A program made the position numbers and the translations under genes. The notes beneath the pieces are model-generated. The model worked only from the letters and a program-made list of their open reading frames with translations, was not told where the DNA came from and searched no databases. A DNA stretch of 30,092 nt from Candidatus Pacearchaeota archaeon (lineage in GTDB: Archaea; Nanobdellota; Nanobdellia; Pacearchaeales; GW2011-AR1), in assembly GCA_018304175.1 (NCBI GenBank), contig JAGVWT010000017.1, forward strand, positions 1 to 30,092. The letters are read 5' to 3'. Below are positions 15,838 to 24,088 of the stretch, piece by piece. Position 1 is the first letter of the stretch, and each line of letters starts with the position of its first letter.

Positions 15838-17076
15838 TCACACAAACCCGACTTTCTTCAAAAGGTCTTTGCCGTAGATTCTTCCGAGTGTTCCGGTTCT
15901 TGCCTCTCTCTCTATAAACCTTTTTTCTTTAGGGGCAGTTTCTTTTGCAGAATAGAGAAGTACAGGAACAGGGTCTGCACTATGTCCTTTCAGCTTGCAA
16001 GGGGTTGAATGATCTCCTGTTATTACAACTTTTATGTTTCTTTGTGGCGCAAACTTTCTCAAAAAATTAATCAAAGTCTTGTCTATATATTCTATCATCA
16101 TCTTTTTTTCAACCGGCTTGTTATCATGTCCAGGAATATCTGTCTCCTTTATGTGTATATAAGCATAATCAAATTTTTTATGATTTCTTTTTATTTGTTT
16201 GATTGAAAATTTGCAGGCTTTTCTTAAACCTTTGTTCAAATTAGAATAGGCATCAAACCATCTCAGCTTAGGATAATTAAATGAAAAAACTTTCATTCCA
16301 GAAACCCTGGAGAACCCGATTTCTAAAGGCATATATGCAACAGAAAACCATTTTCTGTAAAATTTTAATTTTGGCTGTTCAATCCCCGGGCCTCGCACAA
16401 GAAGATAATTCACCGGCGTTAAACCCTTTTTGATTCGCTTCTGATTTATCTCATGATTTTTAAGAACATTATATGCTTTTTCAAGAAATTCATTTACAAC
16501 ATTCGCTGAATACTGCGAATTTTCATCTTCATCTAAAGGCTTTACACTTCCTACTTTGTTTGTATTTGATTTTCCTTGAATATAAGCCATGTCATTTCCG
16601 GATATATTATCTGAAAAACCTCCTTTGAAAACCAAAACACCACGGTGCTGAATTGTCGGCTTGAAAATAAACTTGCATGACAGGTCTATTTTGTTTAAAT
16701 CACTTGAAAGCTTCTCTGCTTCTTTTGTCGTCAGTGTACGAATTCTCCTGTCTATTATATTTCCATCTTTTAAGGAATCAATGCATGCAAAATTCGTCCT
16801 AAAAGTTAAATCTCCGCGCATTATTTTCAAGTCAGTTCCTCGCGCTTCCAATTGTCCTCTGCTACTTGAGGATAGCTCATTGCCAAACATGGAAACAATG
16901 GCCTGGTCAGAGCCAGGAATAAAATCTGGCTTCACAGAATACATAAAACCTAACTCGCCACGATGAGCAAAAAAATCCATATTCGGAGTTTGCGCAGCCT
17001 CTAAAGGAGTTTTATCACCGAGTTGGCTTGTTGGCAGATCTCCCAAACCATCAAGAATAATCAAAATACCTTTCAT
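15838..17076 (-). CDS. apgM: 2,3-bisphosphoglycerate-independent phosphoglycerate mutase (archaeal type)
   Basis: ILDGLGD, KTPLEAA.TPNMD, PGSD (phospho-Ser), HIKETDIPGHD and TGDHSTP metal-binding motifs. Confidence 0.95.
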   Translation of the reverse strand: MKGILIILDGLGDLPTSQLGDKTPLEAAQTPNMDFFAHRGELGFMYSVKPDFIPGSDQAIVSMFGNELSSSSRGQLEARGTDLKIMRGDLTFRTNFACIDSLKDGNIIDRRIRTLTTKEAEKLSSDLNKIDLSCKFIFKPTIQHRGVLVFKGGFSDNISGNDMAYIQGKSNTNKVGSVKPLDEDENSQYSANVVNEFLEKAYNVLKNHEINQKRIKKGLTPVNYLLVRGPGIEQPKLKFYRKWFSVAYMPLEIGFSRVSGMKVFSFNYPKLRWFDAYSNLNKGLRKACKFSIKQIKRNHKKFDYAYIHIKETDIPGHDNKPVEKKMMIEYIDKTLINFLRKFAPQRNIKVVITGDHSTPCKLKGHSADPVPVLLYSAKETAPKEKRFIEREARTGTLGRIYGKDLLKKVGFV

Positions 17077-17175
17077 AAAAGTACCCCTTATTTATTTCCA
17101 TATAAGGTAAAAATACTATCACTTTATAAAAATTTATGTAGGAAATATTATAAACAAAGTTCAATTAATCAAAAG

Positions 17176-18240
17176 ATGTTTAATCTGTTAAAAGACAAGC
17201 TGAAAAACTGGACAAAGAAAATTTCCGAGAATATATCTAAAAAACCAGAAGTATCAGAAGAAAAACCAAGAGAAAAAAAGCCGAAAATAGGAGAGGTAAA
17301 GGAAAAAAAGAGCAAGAAAATAGTTGTCGAAGCTCCGGAAAAAGAAGAGACCAAAGGTATTTTTAAGTCAATATCTGAAAAACTGTTCAAGGTAAAAATT
17401 TCCGAGAAAGAATTTGAGGTTTATTCAGAAGACCTTGAAATGCTTTTACTCGAAAACAACGTCGCCCTAGAAGTCGCAGAAGAAATTGTAAAAAAACTCA
17501 AAGAAAAAATAATAGGGCAAGAATTTCTAAAAAAAGAAATTGAATCTCAAATAAAGGAATCTTTCAAGGAAATAATTGAAGATATTTTGATAGAACCGTT
17601 TGATATCATTGGAAAAATAAATGGAAAGAAAAAATCCCAAGAAAAAGAACCTTATGTCATTTTGTTTTGTGGAATAAATGGTTCTGGAAAAACAACGACG
17701 ATTGCGAAAATTGCTGATTTTCTAAAAGAAAGAAAATTGTCGTGTGTTCTTGCAGCCGCAGACACATTTCGTTCGGCAGCAATTGAGCAATTGAAAAAGC
17801 ACGGTGAAAAACTAAATGTGAAAGTCATTGAACATGAATATGGAAGCGATCCTGCCTCAGTTGGTTTTGATGCTATAAAATACGCGAAAAAAAATTTTAT
17901 TGACTGTGTTTTGATTGACACTGCCGGAAGAATTCACACAGCAAAAGATTTGTTGAGGGAAATAGAAAAAATCTCAAGAGTCTGCAAGCCAGATTTGAAA
18001 ATCTTCGTCGGAGAATCAATAACAGGGAACGACGCTGTTGAACAGGCAAAAAGTTTCAACTGGCACATTGGAATTGATGGAATAATCCTAACAAAATCAG
18101 ATATAGATGAAAAAGGTGGCACTGCACTAAGTGTTGGCTACGTAACAAAAAAACCAATTTTGTATTTAGGCACAGGGCAAGAATACGACAAAATTGAACC
18201 TTTTAACAAACAAAAATTCATAGAAAGACTGGGATTGTGA
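17176..18240 (+). CDS. ftsY: Signal recognition particle receptor FtsY
   Basis: GINGSGKTTTIAK, AADTFRSAAIEQL, DTAGR, TKSD and KGG motifs. Start placed at ATG 17176 (MFNLLK); the longer track ORF overlaps apgM. Confidence 0.96.
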   Translation: MFNLLKDKLKNWTKKISENISKKPEVSEEKPREKKPKIGEVKEKKSKKIVVEAPEKEETKGIFKSISEKLFKVKISEKEFEVYSEDLEMLLLENNVALEVAEEIVKKLKEKIIGQEFLKKEIESQIKESFKEIIEDILIEPFDIIGKINGKKKSQEKEPYVILFCGINGSGKTTTIAKIADFLKERKLSCVLAAADTFRSAAIEQLKKHGEKLNVKVIEHEYGSDPASVGFDAIKYAKKNFIDCVLIDTAGRIHTAKDLLREIEKISRVCKPDLKIFVGESITGNDAVEQAKSFNWHIGIDGIILTKSDIDEKGGTALSVGYVTKKPILYLGTGQEYDKIEPFNKQKFIERLGL

Positions 18241-18246
18241 AACTAA

Positions 18247-18477
18247 TCACTTTTTAATTGAACACTTGTAAGATTGTAAATAATAACCTTCTGTTTTTGT
18301 AGTTATAGGATAAGCATGCCTTAGTCCTACTTTATCCATCGGTTCAATCTCAACAAGATGACCTCCATTTCTCACAGCAAAAATCAGTTTTCCCCTTAAA
18401 TCCTTTTTACCAGGTTTTTCTAAGATGACTTCTTCACTAATATGCCTTGCAAGTCCATCTTCACTAACAACACTCAT
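18247..18477 (-). CDS. Hypothetical protein, 76 aa
   Basis: Fills the FtsY-SRP54 gap without overlap; TATA-like box about 22 nt upstream (18499-18507). Confidence 0.55.
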   Translation of the reverse strand: MSVVSEDGLARHISEEVILEKPGKKDLRGKLIFAVRNGGHLVEIEPMDKVGLRHAYPITTKTEGYYLQSYKCSIKK

Positions 18478-18557
18478 AATTAATTTATAATCATATATTA
18501 TTTAAACATTTCTAGCAAAACCACAAATTTATTAACTATTATTCGGCTTCTTAAAAC

Positions 18558-19943
18558 ATGCTGGAAAAACTTGGAGAGGTTTTGAGAAGAGCAACAGATA
18601 AAGTCATGAACGCTGTATTTCTAGACAAAAATCTCGTTGATTCTATAATAAAAGATTTACAAAGGGCATTGATTGAGGCAGATGTAAATGTCTCGCTTGT
18701 AAAAGAGCTAAGCGACAAAGTCAGAAAAGCAGCTTTAGACGAAAGAATAAAGGACATTGAAAAGAAAGAACATATAATTAAAATCCTCCATGACGAACTG
18801 CTGAAAATAATTGGAGAAAAAAAAGAATTAAAGTTGAGAAAGGGTCAAAACAGAATTCTTCTCCTTGGACTTTATGGAGCAGGAAAAACAACTACAGTTG
18901 CTAAGCTGGGAAATTATTTTGCAAAACGAGGCAACAAAGTCGCAGTAATAGGGTTAGACGTTCATCGTCCTGCTGCTTCAGAACAATTAAAACAGCTTGC
19001 TGAGAAAAACAAATTAAGTTACTTTATTGACGCGGACGAAAAAGACGCAACTAAAATCTGGAAAAACCTTGAAGCAAAGGGCAAACTCAAAGATTTCGAT
19101 GTTTTAATTGTAGACACTGCTGGAAGGCACAATCTCGAAGCTGAATTAATAAAAGAAATAAAATCCTTAAATAAGGAGATAAAACCTACAGAGTCAATTC
19201 TCGTAATGCCTGCAGACATCGGACAAGCGGCAAAACAGCAAGCGCAGGATTTCAAAAAAGCCGTAGACATTACAGGAATTATAATAACACGTATGGACTC
19301 AACAGCTAAAGGTGGTGGTGCTTTGACAGCATGTAGTGAAGTTAATACAGGAGTTTACTTCATAACTACGGGAGAAAAAATAAATGACATAGAATCATTC
19401 AATCCAAAGGCATTCCTATCAAGACTTCTCGGAATGGGTGACCTTGAAAACTTAATAGAAAAAATAAAATCCGTAACAGACGAAAGCAAGCAAAAGAATA
19501 TCCAAAAAGAATTAGAGGGTGGAAAAATTAATCTTGATGATTTTATAGAACAAATTAAATCTATGAACTCGCTCGGGGGATTTGGAAAATTAAAAGAACT
19601 AATTCCTGGCTTTTCCGGAATGAAAACAAAAATCCCTGAAAATGCTTTGGAAAACCAAAGTGCGAAAATATCAAAATGGGAGCACATAATAAAATCAATG
19701 ACACAACATGAAAAAGAAAATCCAGAAATTCTTGAAAAAGAAACTTCAAGGATTTCAAGAATTGCAAAGGGCTCAGGAGCAAACAGTTCAGACGTGCGTG
19801 CACTATTGAAACAGTACAAAATGATAAATGAGATGGTAAAAAGTGGGATGGCAAGTGATTTCTCTTCGGGAGCAGAGTTAAATCCAAAACAAATGCAAAA
19901 ACTCGCGAGAAAATTCATGAAGGGGGGAAAGTTGAAGTTTTAA
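18558..19943 (+). CDS. srp54: Signal recognition particle protein SRP54
   Basis: GLYGAGKTTT, DVHRPAA, DTAGRH, DSTAKGGGA, SRLLGMGD and a Met-rich M domain. Confidence 0.97.
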   Translation: MLEKLGEVLRRATDKVMNAVFLDKNLVDSIIKDLQRALIEADVNVSLVKELSDKVRKAALDERIKDIEKKEHIIKILHDELLKIIGEKKELKLRKGQNRILLLGLYGAGKTTTVAKLGNYFAKRGNKVAVIGLDVHRPAASEQLKQLAEKNKLSYFIDADEKDATKIWKNLEAKGKLKDFDVLIVDTAGRHNLEAELIKEIKSLNKEIKPTESILVMPADIGQAAKQQAQDFKKAVDITGIIITRMDSTAKGGGALTACSEVNTGVYFITTGEKINDIESFNPKAFLSRLLGMGDLENLIEKIKSVTDESKQKNIQKELEGGKINLDDFIEQIKSMNSLGGFGKLKELIPGFSGMKTKIPENALENQSAKISKWEHIIKSMTQHEKENPEILEKETSRISRIAKGSGANSSDVRALLKQYKMINEMVKSGMASDFSSGAELNPKQMQKLARKFMKGGKLKF

Positions 19944-20662
19944 TGTCTCAAAAAATTCTCTTCCACGGCGCTGAAGCTAAAATCGTTTTAGTTGATAGAG
20001 AATTTCTTGCGACCGAAAGGCGAGGGAGTGGGGAAGAAAAATTCAGTGAAGAAAAAAAGGGGTTTGTAAGAAATTCTGATAAAAAATTTATTATAAAACA
20101 ACGCATTCCAAAATCTTATCGCCTTAAAGAGCTTGACGAAAAAATCAGAAAACTTCGTACACGAAGCGAAGCAAAACTTATTGAAAAAGCATCTAAAATA
20201 ATTAAAGTCCCAAAAATCATTAAATCAGATGAAAATACAAAAGAAATAATAATGGACTTTGTCAGAGGAAAAAGGCTTTCTGATTGCCTCAATGATTTTC
20301 CATTGGGCAAGCAGTTGTCAATAATAAGGAAAGTTGGTGAGTTGGCGGCAATATTGCACAATTCAGACATAATTCATGGAGACTTAACCACAAGCAATAT
20401 GATAATAAAAAAAAATGGAAATAGTTATGATGAAATTTTTTTTATAGATTTTGGGCTTGGATTCATAAGTCGAAAGGTAGAAGACAAAGCAGTCGATATT
20501 CACCTGATTATGGAAGCTCTCGAAGCAAAACATTTTGAAAATTTCGTTGGATTGAAAAAAGCGTTCTTACAGGGATATAAAATACGCTCAAGAGAGTTTC
20601 AGAAAATTTTGGAAAGATTCAAAAAAGTCGAGCAAAGGGGAAGGTACAAGGAGCAATATTAA
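19943..20662 (+). CDS. bud32: KEOPS kinase Bud32 (stand-alone) with a 28-aa in-frame insertion
   Basis: GAEA, KQRIPKSYR, RTRSEAK, HGDLTTSN, IDFGLG and EDKAVD motifs; TAATG overlap with SRP54. Confidence 0.94.
   Translation: MSQKILFHGAEAKIVLVDREFLATERRGSGEEKFSEEKKGFVRNSDKKFIIKQRIPKSYRLKELDEKIRKLRTRSEAKLIEKASKIIKVPKIIKSDENTKEIIMDFVRGKRLSDCLNDFPLGKQLSIIRKVGELAAILHNSDIIHGDLTTSNMIIKKNGNSYDEIFFIDFGLGFISRKVEDKAVDIHLIMEALEAKHFENFVGLKKAFLQGYKIRSREFQKILERFKKVEQRGRYKEQY
19993..20081. mobile_element. MITE/RPE-like palindromic insertion inside bud32 (TGATA direct repeats, 12-bp inverted repeats, 84-nt in-frame)
   Basis: TGATA at 19993-19997 and 20077-20081; AGAATTTCTTGC (19999-20010) vs GTAAGAAATTCT (20066-20077), 11 of 12 Watson-Crick plus one G-T. 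Confidence 0.65.
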
Positions 20663-20664
20663 AA

Positions 20665-20737
20665 TAGCCCCGCCAGGATTCGAACCTGGGTCTCAGGCGC
20701 CAAAGGCCTGAATACTTGACCGCTGTACTACGGGGCT
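20665..20737 (-). tRNA. tRNA-Gln (TTG)
   Basis: Reverse complement: AGCCCCG acceptor, CAGGC-CTTTGGC-GCCTG anticodon arm, CCAGG-TTCGAAT-CCTGG T-arm; 73 nt, no intron. Confidence 0.96.
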
Positions 20738-20761
20738 TTAAAAAATCCAGGAATTTTTTAT

Positions 20762-21139
20762 TTATAATGCTTTTCCCTTAAAATCAAAATCCCAAAAACC
20801 TAATTTGCCTTTAGCAGGAATTGGTTTTACTCTTTTGGGATTTTTTAACACAAAACCAAATCTTCCAAAAGAAGGATTCGCCAAATGAAAATTCTTGTCT
20901 TTTTTGTGTTCATTTTCATTTGTATATTTCTTGACATCGACAAGCTCAGCTTTCCCAACAATAAACCCCAACGGCAAATTGTCAAAATCAAACTTTTTCA
21001 TTGCTTCTTTATCAGAAATTTTCGAGCTGTGCACTAAAAACTCGCCACGGAATTTAGTATTCCATTTCCTTAACTCAATTTTCTTTTTTCCAGAAACAAC
21101 CAATTCTGCAAAAGGCTGCTTCAAAGAAAGAACTTTCAT
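20762..21139 (-). CDS. ASCH domain protein
   Basis: LSLKQPFAELVVSGKKKIELR (GxKxxExR) and KGKLGFW motifs. Confidence 0.92.
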   Translation of the reverse strand: MKVLSLKQPFAELVVSGKKKIELRKWNTKFRGEFLVHSSKISDKEAMKKFDFDNLPLGFIVGKAELVDVKKYTNENEHKKDKNFHLANPSFGRFGFVLKNPKRVKPIPAKGKLGFWDFDFKGKAL

Positions 21140-21196
21140 CTGAATTGTCTCATAAATTTAATTCGGATAAATAAAAATCTTTGATTCACTTTCATC

Positions 21197-21346
21197 TTAA
21201 GGATCTGAGCAATCCCTTTTATATCCGCAGTTCAAGCACTGAATTTTACATTTCGTTTCTAAAATGTCATCTGAATAACAAATTATACAAGTCTGAATCT
21301 CAACTTCATTTTCTTCTTTTATCTGGTTATTTAAAGTAGCTTTCAT
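21197..21346 (-). CDS. Small zinc-finger protein, 49 aa (HVO_2523-like, ends DCSDP)
   Basis: Below the track cutoff. MKATLNNQIKEENEVEIQTCIICYSDDILETKCKIQCLNCGYKRDCSDP has two CxxC motifs; the start overlaps the 3' end of the MinD-like gene. Confidence 0.75.
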   Translation of the reverse strand: MKATLNNQIKEENEVEIQTCIICYSDDILETKCKIQCLNCGYKRDCSDP

Positions 21347-22118
21347 AAAATATATCCCGATTTATATCTTGTTTTTTAGGAGTTATACCCATAAATCTCC
21401 TTATTGAAAATGGGTTATGTTTTTTTCCAGATAATATTGCAGCTAGCTTCATGTACTCATTGCTAGCTCTTGAGTAAGGATTAAAAGTTACCGAGGGGGT
21501 GAACTCCGAAACAGATTCCAAGATGTTTGTGTCATAAGGAATTACTGCAAGAACAGGAACTTCCGCTGTTTTTTCTATGTTATCAATGGACAACTCAAAA
21601 TCTCTCCCATGAACTTTGTTTAATATCAATCCATTAATTGGAATACCCCTTTTCCTGGCGAGTTTGATTGTTTTCAAAGTCATACTCAATGTGGGATAGT
21701 CTGGAGTCGTAACAATAAAAACTTCATCTGATGCAATCAAAGCACCTATTGTCTCCTCACTTAAAGAAGGTGAAGAATCAATAATCACAAAATCATATTT
21801 TCCTTTTACCATTCCAAGTTTTTTCCTAAGCTCAATAGGGCTTATCAAAATATCCTCAAACATCGAAGATGGTAGAACATCAAAATTGTCCATTTTCTGA
21901 ATTGCATCCTTAAAGCTTGCAGTTCTATTGAGAACATGGTGTGCAGTTTTTTTCGGCTCAATTATGTTTAAATGGACTCCGAGATTCGGTGCTGAAAAAT
22001 TAGCGTCGACGAGCAAAACTTTCTTTCCAAATTTGGAAAATGCGTCTCCCAAAGCGATAACACTTGAAGTTTTCCCAACACCTCCCTTCACACTAAGAAT
22101 ACCTATCGATTTCCCCAT
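21327..22118 (-). CDS. minD: MinD/ParA-family ATPase
   Basis: Deviant Walker A KGGVGKT, VDANF, IIDSSP and ILNKV motifs. Confidence 0.9.
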   Translation of the reverse strand: MGKSIGILSVKGGVGKTSSVIALGDAFSKFGKKVLLVDANFSAPNLGVHLNIIEPKKTAHHVLNRTASFKDAIQKMDNFDVLPSSMFEDILISPIELRKKLGMVKGKYDFVIIDSSPSLSEETIGALIASDEVFIVTTPDYPTLSMTLKTIKLARKRGIPINGLILNKVHGRDFELSIDNIEKTAEVPVLAVIPYDTNILESVSEFTPSVTFNPYSRASNEYMKLAAILSGKKHNPFSIRRFMGITPKKQDINRDIFYESYFK

Positions 22119-22200
22119 TTATTAAACAAGCATTTTACATTTAAATATTTTACAATACACAAATGACAAGTTTTAAAAATCGTCTTTGACAGTTTAATAA

Positions 22201-22602
22201 ATGGTAAATAATACAGAAGAAAAAGCAAATAGACCAAGGTCTAAAAAATCTTCTTTAGAATCACAATCCAAGGAGAAAAAACCTGAGAAAATCTCAAAGA
22301 AAATTTCACAGGAGGAATATGAGAAAAAAATAATTGAGTTAGCAAAGCAAGGATTAACCTCTGAAAAAATAGGAGAAACACTCAGAAACAGCGGAATTCA
22401 CTCAAAAGAGCACGAAGGAAAAATATCTTTTATTCTAAAAAAGAATAAACTTTATGTAAATCCAGACTTGAAAAATATCACAGAAAAGATGGAAAATATA
22501 AACAAACACTATATAAAAAATAAGCAAGACAAAAGAGCTATGCGGGAAGGAGCGAGGTTTGCTTCACATCTTAGAAAATTAAAGACATATTACAAAGTTT
22601 AA
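22201..22602 (+). CDS. rps15: 30S ribosomal protein S15/S13e (uS15), divergent N-terminus
   Basis: IIELAKQGLTSEKIG, KISFILK, PDL, KHY..NKQDK and RKLKTYYK correspond to the archaeal uS15 core. Confidence 0.85.
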   Translation: MVNNTEEKANRPRSKKSSLESQSKEKKPEKISKKISQEEYEKKIIELAKQGLTSEKIGETLRNSGIHSKEHEGKISFILKKNKLYVNPDLKNITEKMENINKHYIKNKQDKRAMREGARFASHLRKLKTYYKV

Positions 22603-22642
22603 TGGTAAAAACCTTTAAAACTGTATAATTTATTCTTAACTT

Positions 22643-23362
22643 ATGATATTAGAAATAGGAGATTTGGTTTTATGCACTGTTGAAAAAATAGAGGGAACAA
22701 CTGTTTTTGTAAAAATTAATGTAGGATTGGGGGCAAAAGAAATAGAAGGAAGTATAAGTTTCAGCGAAATTGCGCCAGGAAGAATAAGAAACATTCGTGA
22801 TTATGTTTTTCCAAAAAAAAGAATTGTGTGTAAAATCCTAAGAATTACTCCAAAAGGGAACATTGAGCTTTCATTAAGAAGAGTTACTCAAAAGGAAACA
22901 AAAGAAACGACTGAAAGATACAGCCAAGAGAACAGCTACGTAAAAATAATAAAAAGTGTCGTCGGGGAAAAATCAGATGAAGTAATAAAAAAAATAGTGG
23001 AAAAAGAAAACCTTTATGATTTCTTGCAGGAAGCAAAAATAGACCAAAAAAATCTTGAAAAATTCTTCGTAAAAAAAGATGCTGAAAAAATTCACAAAAT
23101 TTTAGCTGCACAAAAAAAGAAAAAATTGGTAATAAAAAGAGAAGTTGACTTGAAGACAAACTTACCAGATGGAATAAATATTATAAAAAAAATCCTTGGA
23201 GATTTTAAAGGCTATGAAATCGTATATATCTCAGCAGGTAGGTATTTAATTAAAAAAGAATCTGAAGATATTAAAAACGACAACAAAAAACTGAAGGAAA
23301 TTCTCGAAGAAACTGAAAAAAAGGCTAAAAAGCTCGGCGTAGAATTAATGATGAAACCATGA
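22643..23362 (+). CDS. eif2a: Translation initiation factor 2 alpha subunit (aIF2-alpha)
   Basis: S1 domain GDLVLCTV...SEIAPGRIRNIRDY...IELSLRRV and C-terminal YISAGRY. Confidence 0.92.
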   Translation: MILEIGDLVLCTVEKIEGTTVFVKINVGLGAKEIEGSISFSEIAPGRIRNIRDYVFPKKRIVCKILRITPKGNIELSLRRVTQKETKETTERYSQENSYVKIIKSVVGEKSDEVIKKIVEKENLYDFLQEAKIDQKNLEKFFVKKDAEKIHKILAAQKKKKLVIKREVDLKTNLPDGINIIKKILGDFKGYEIVYISAGRYLIKKESEDIKNDNKKLKEILEETEKKAKKLGVELMMKP

Positions 23363-23444
23363 TTTGTTTTTAAAGTGTTGTATTCTCTCATCAAGAAAAA
23401 CATAGTATCAAAAACTTTAAATATGCAGAAAAAGATGAATTTTT

Positions 23445-23873
23445 ATGGAACAAGGAACAAAAGCTCCGTTTCATGTGGTGCTATTGGCAGTTATTTTTGA
23501 TCCTGCAAAAAGAAAGATCCTCATAGCCAAAAGAGGCCATGAAGACGAAGATATCCAAAACTTAGTATGGCAATTCCCAGAAGCAAGATTAAGACATGGT
23601 GATAACATTGATGAAATATTGAAGGTAAAAGTCAAGGAAAAAACAGGACTCAATATTGAAAATTTAGGTGCAATTTTTTCAAAGGTTTATCCAGAAAAAA
23701 AAGATTTGTTAGGAATTTATTATCTTTGTGAAGCTACCAGTGGAAAGATAAAAGCTGCAAATGATTTTGTAGAATTAGAGTGGATTTCTCCAAAAGAAGT
23801 TGAAAAATATTTTACTACTTCCTTCCATCCGAAGCTGAAGGAATATTTGAATGGATTAGTTAATGGTCAATAA
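23445..23873 (+). CDS. NUDIX-fold protein with degenerate Nudix box
   Basis: ILIAKR...WQFP...GD...EKTGL...WIS pattern; the box reads FPEARLRHGDNIDEILKVKVKEKTGL instead of GX5EX7REUXEEXGU. Confidence 0.8.
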   Translation: MEQGTKAPFHVVLLAVIFDPAKRKILIAKRGHEDEDIQNLVWQFPEARLRHGDNIDEILKVKVKEKTGLNIENLGAIFSKVYPEKKDLLGIYYLCEATSGKIKAANDFVELEWISPKEVEKYFTTSFHPKLKEYLNGLVNGQ

Positions 23874-23938
23874 TAAACAACGTAAATCAAAATATATTTT
23901 TATAAATCATATAATTGTGTAATAAGAAGGAATTCAAA

Positions 23939-24088
23939 ATGAAACTTCGTAAATGCCAAAATTGTAAAACTTACACTTTAAAAGATTCTTGCCCGAAATG
24001 CGATTCAAAAACATCCAACGCCCATTACAAGTTCTTGAAGTTTTTTGAGAGGAAATTAGAGAACTATTCTGTTCCTAGTAAACATTGA
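23939..24088 (+). CDS. nop10: H/ACA RNP protein Nop10, 49 aa
   Basis: Below the track cutoff. MKLRKCQNCKTYTLKDSCPKCDSKTSNAHYKF has the zinc ribbon with YTLK..CP.C; downstream of aIF2-alpha as is usual in archaea. Confidence 0.88.
   Translation: MKLRKCQNCKTYTLKDSCPKCDSKTSNAHYKFLKFFERKLENYSVPSKH

Noticed and set aside
17023-17175. N-terminal extension of FtsY in the ORF track
   Set aside because: It overlaps the divergent apgM start and promoter region; ATG 17176 is the plausible start.
19993-20081. BHB-type mRNA intron in bud32
   Set aside because: The flanks do not form a 4-bp helix with two 3-nt bulges, and the insert preserves the frame, so splicing is unnecessary.
21152-21195. 14-codon micro-ORF between the zinc-finger and ASCH genes
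   Set aside because: Too short and motif-free to support; may be a local duplication of the ASCH start (AGATGAAAGT occurs twice).
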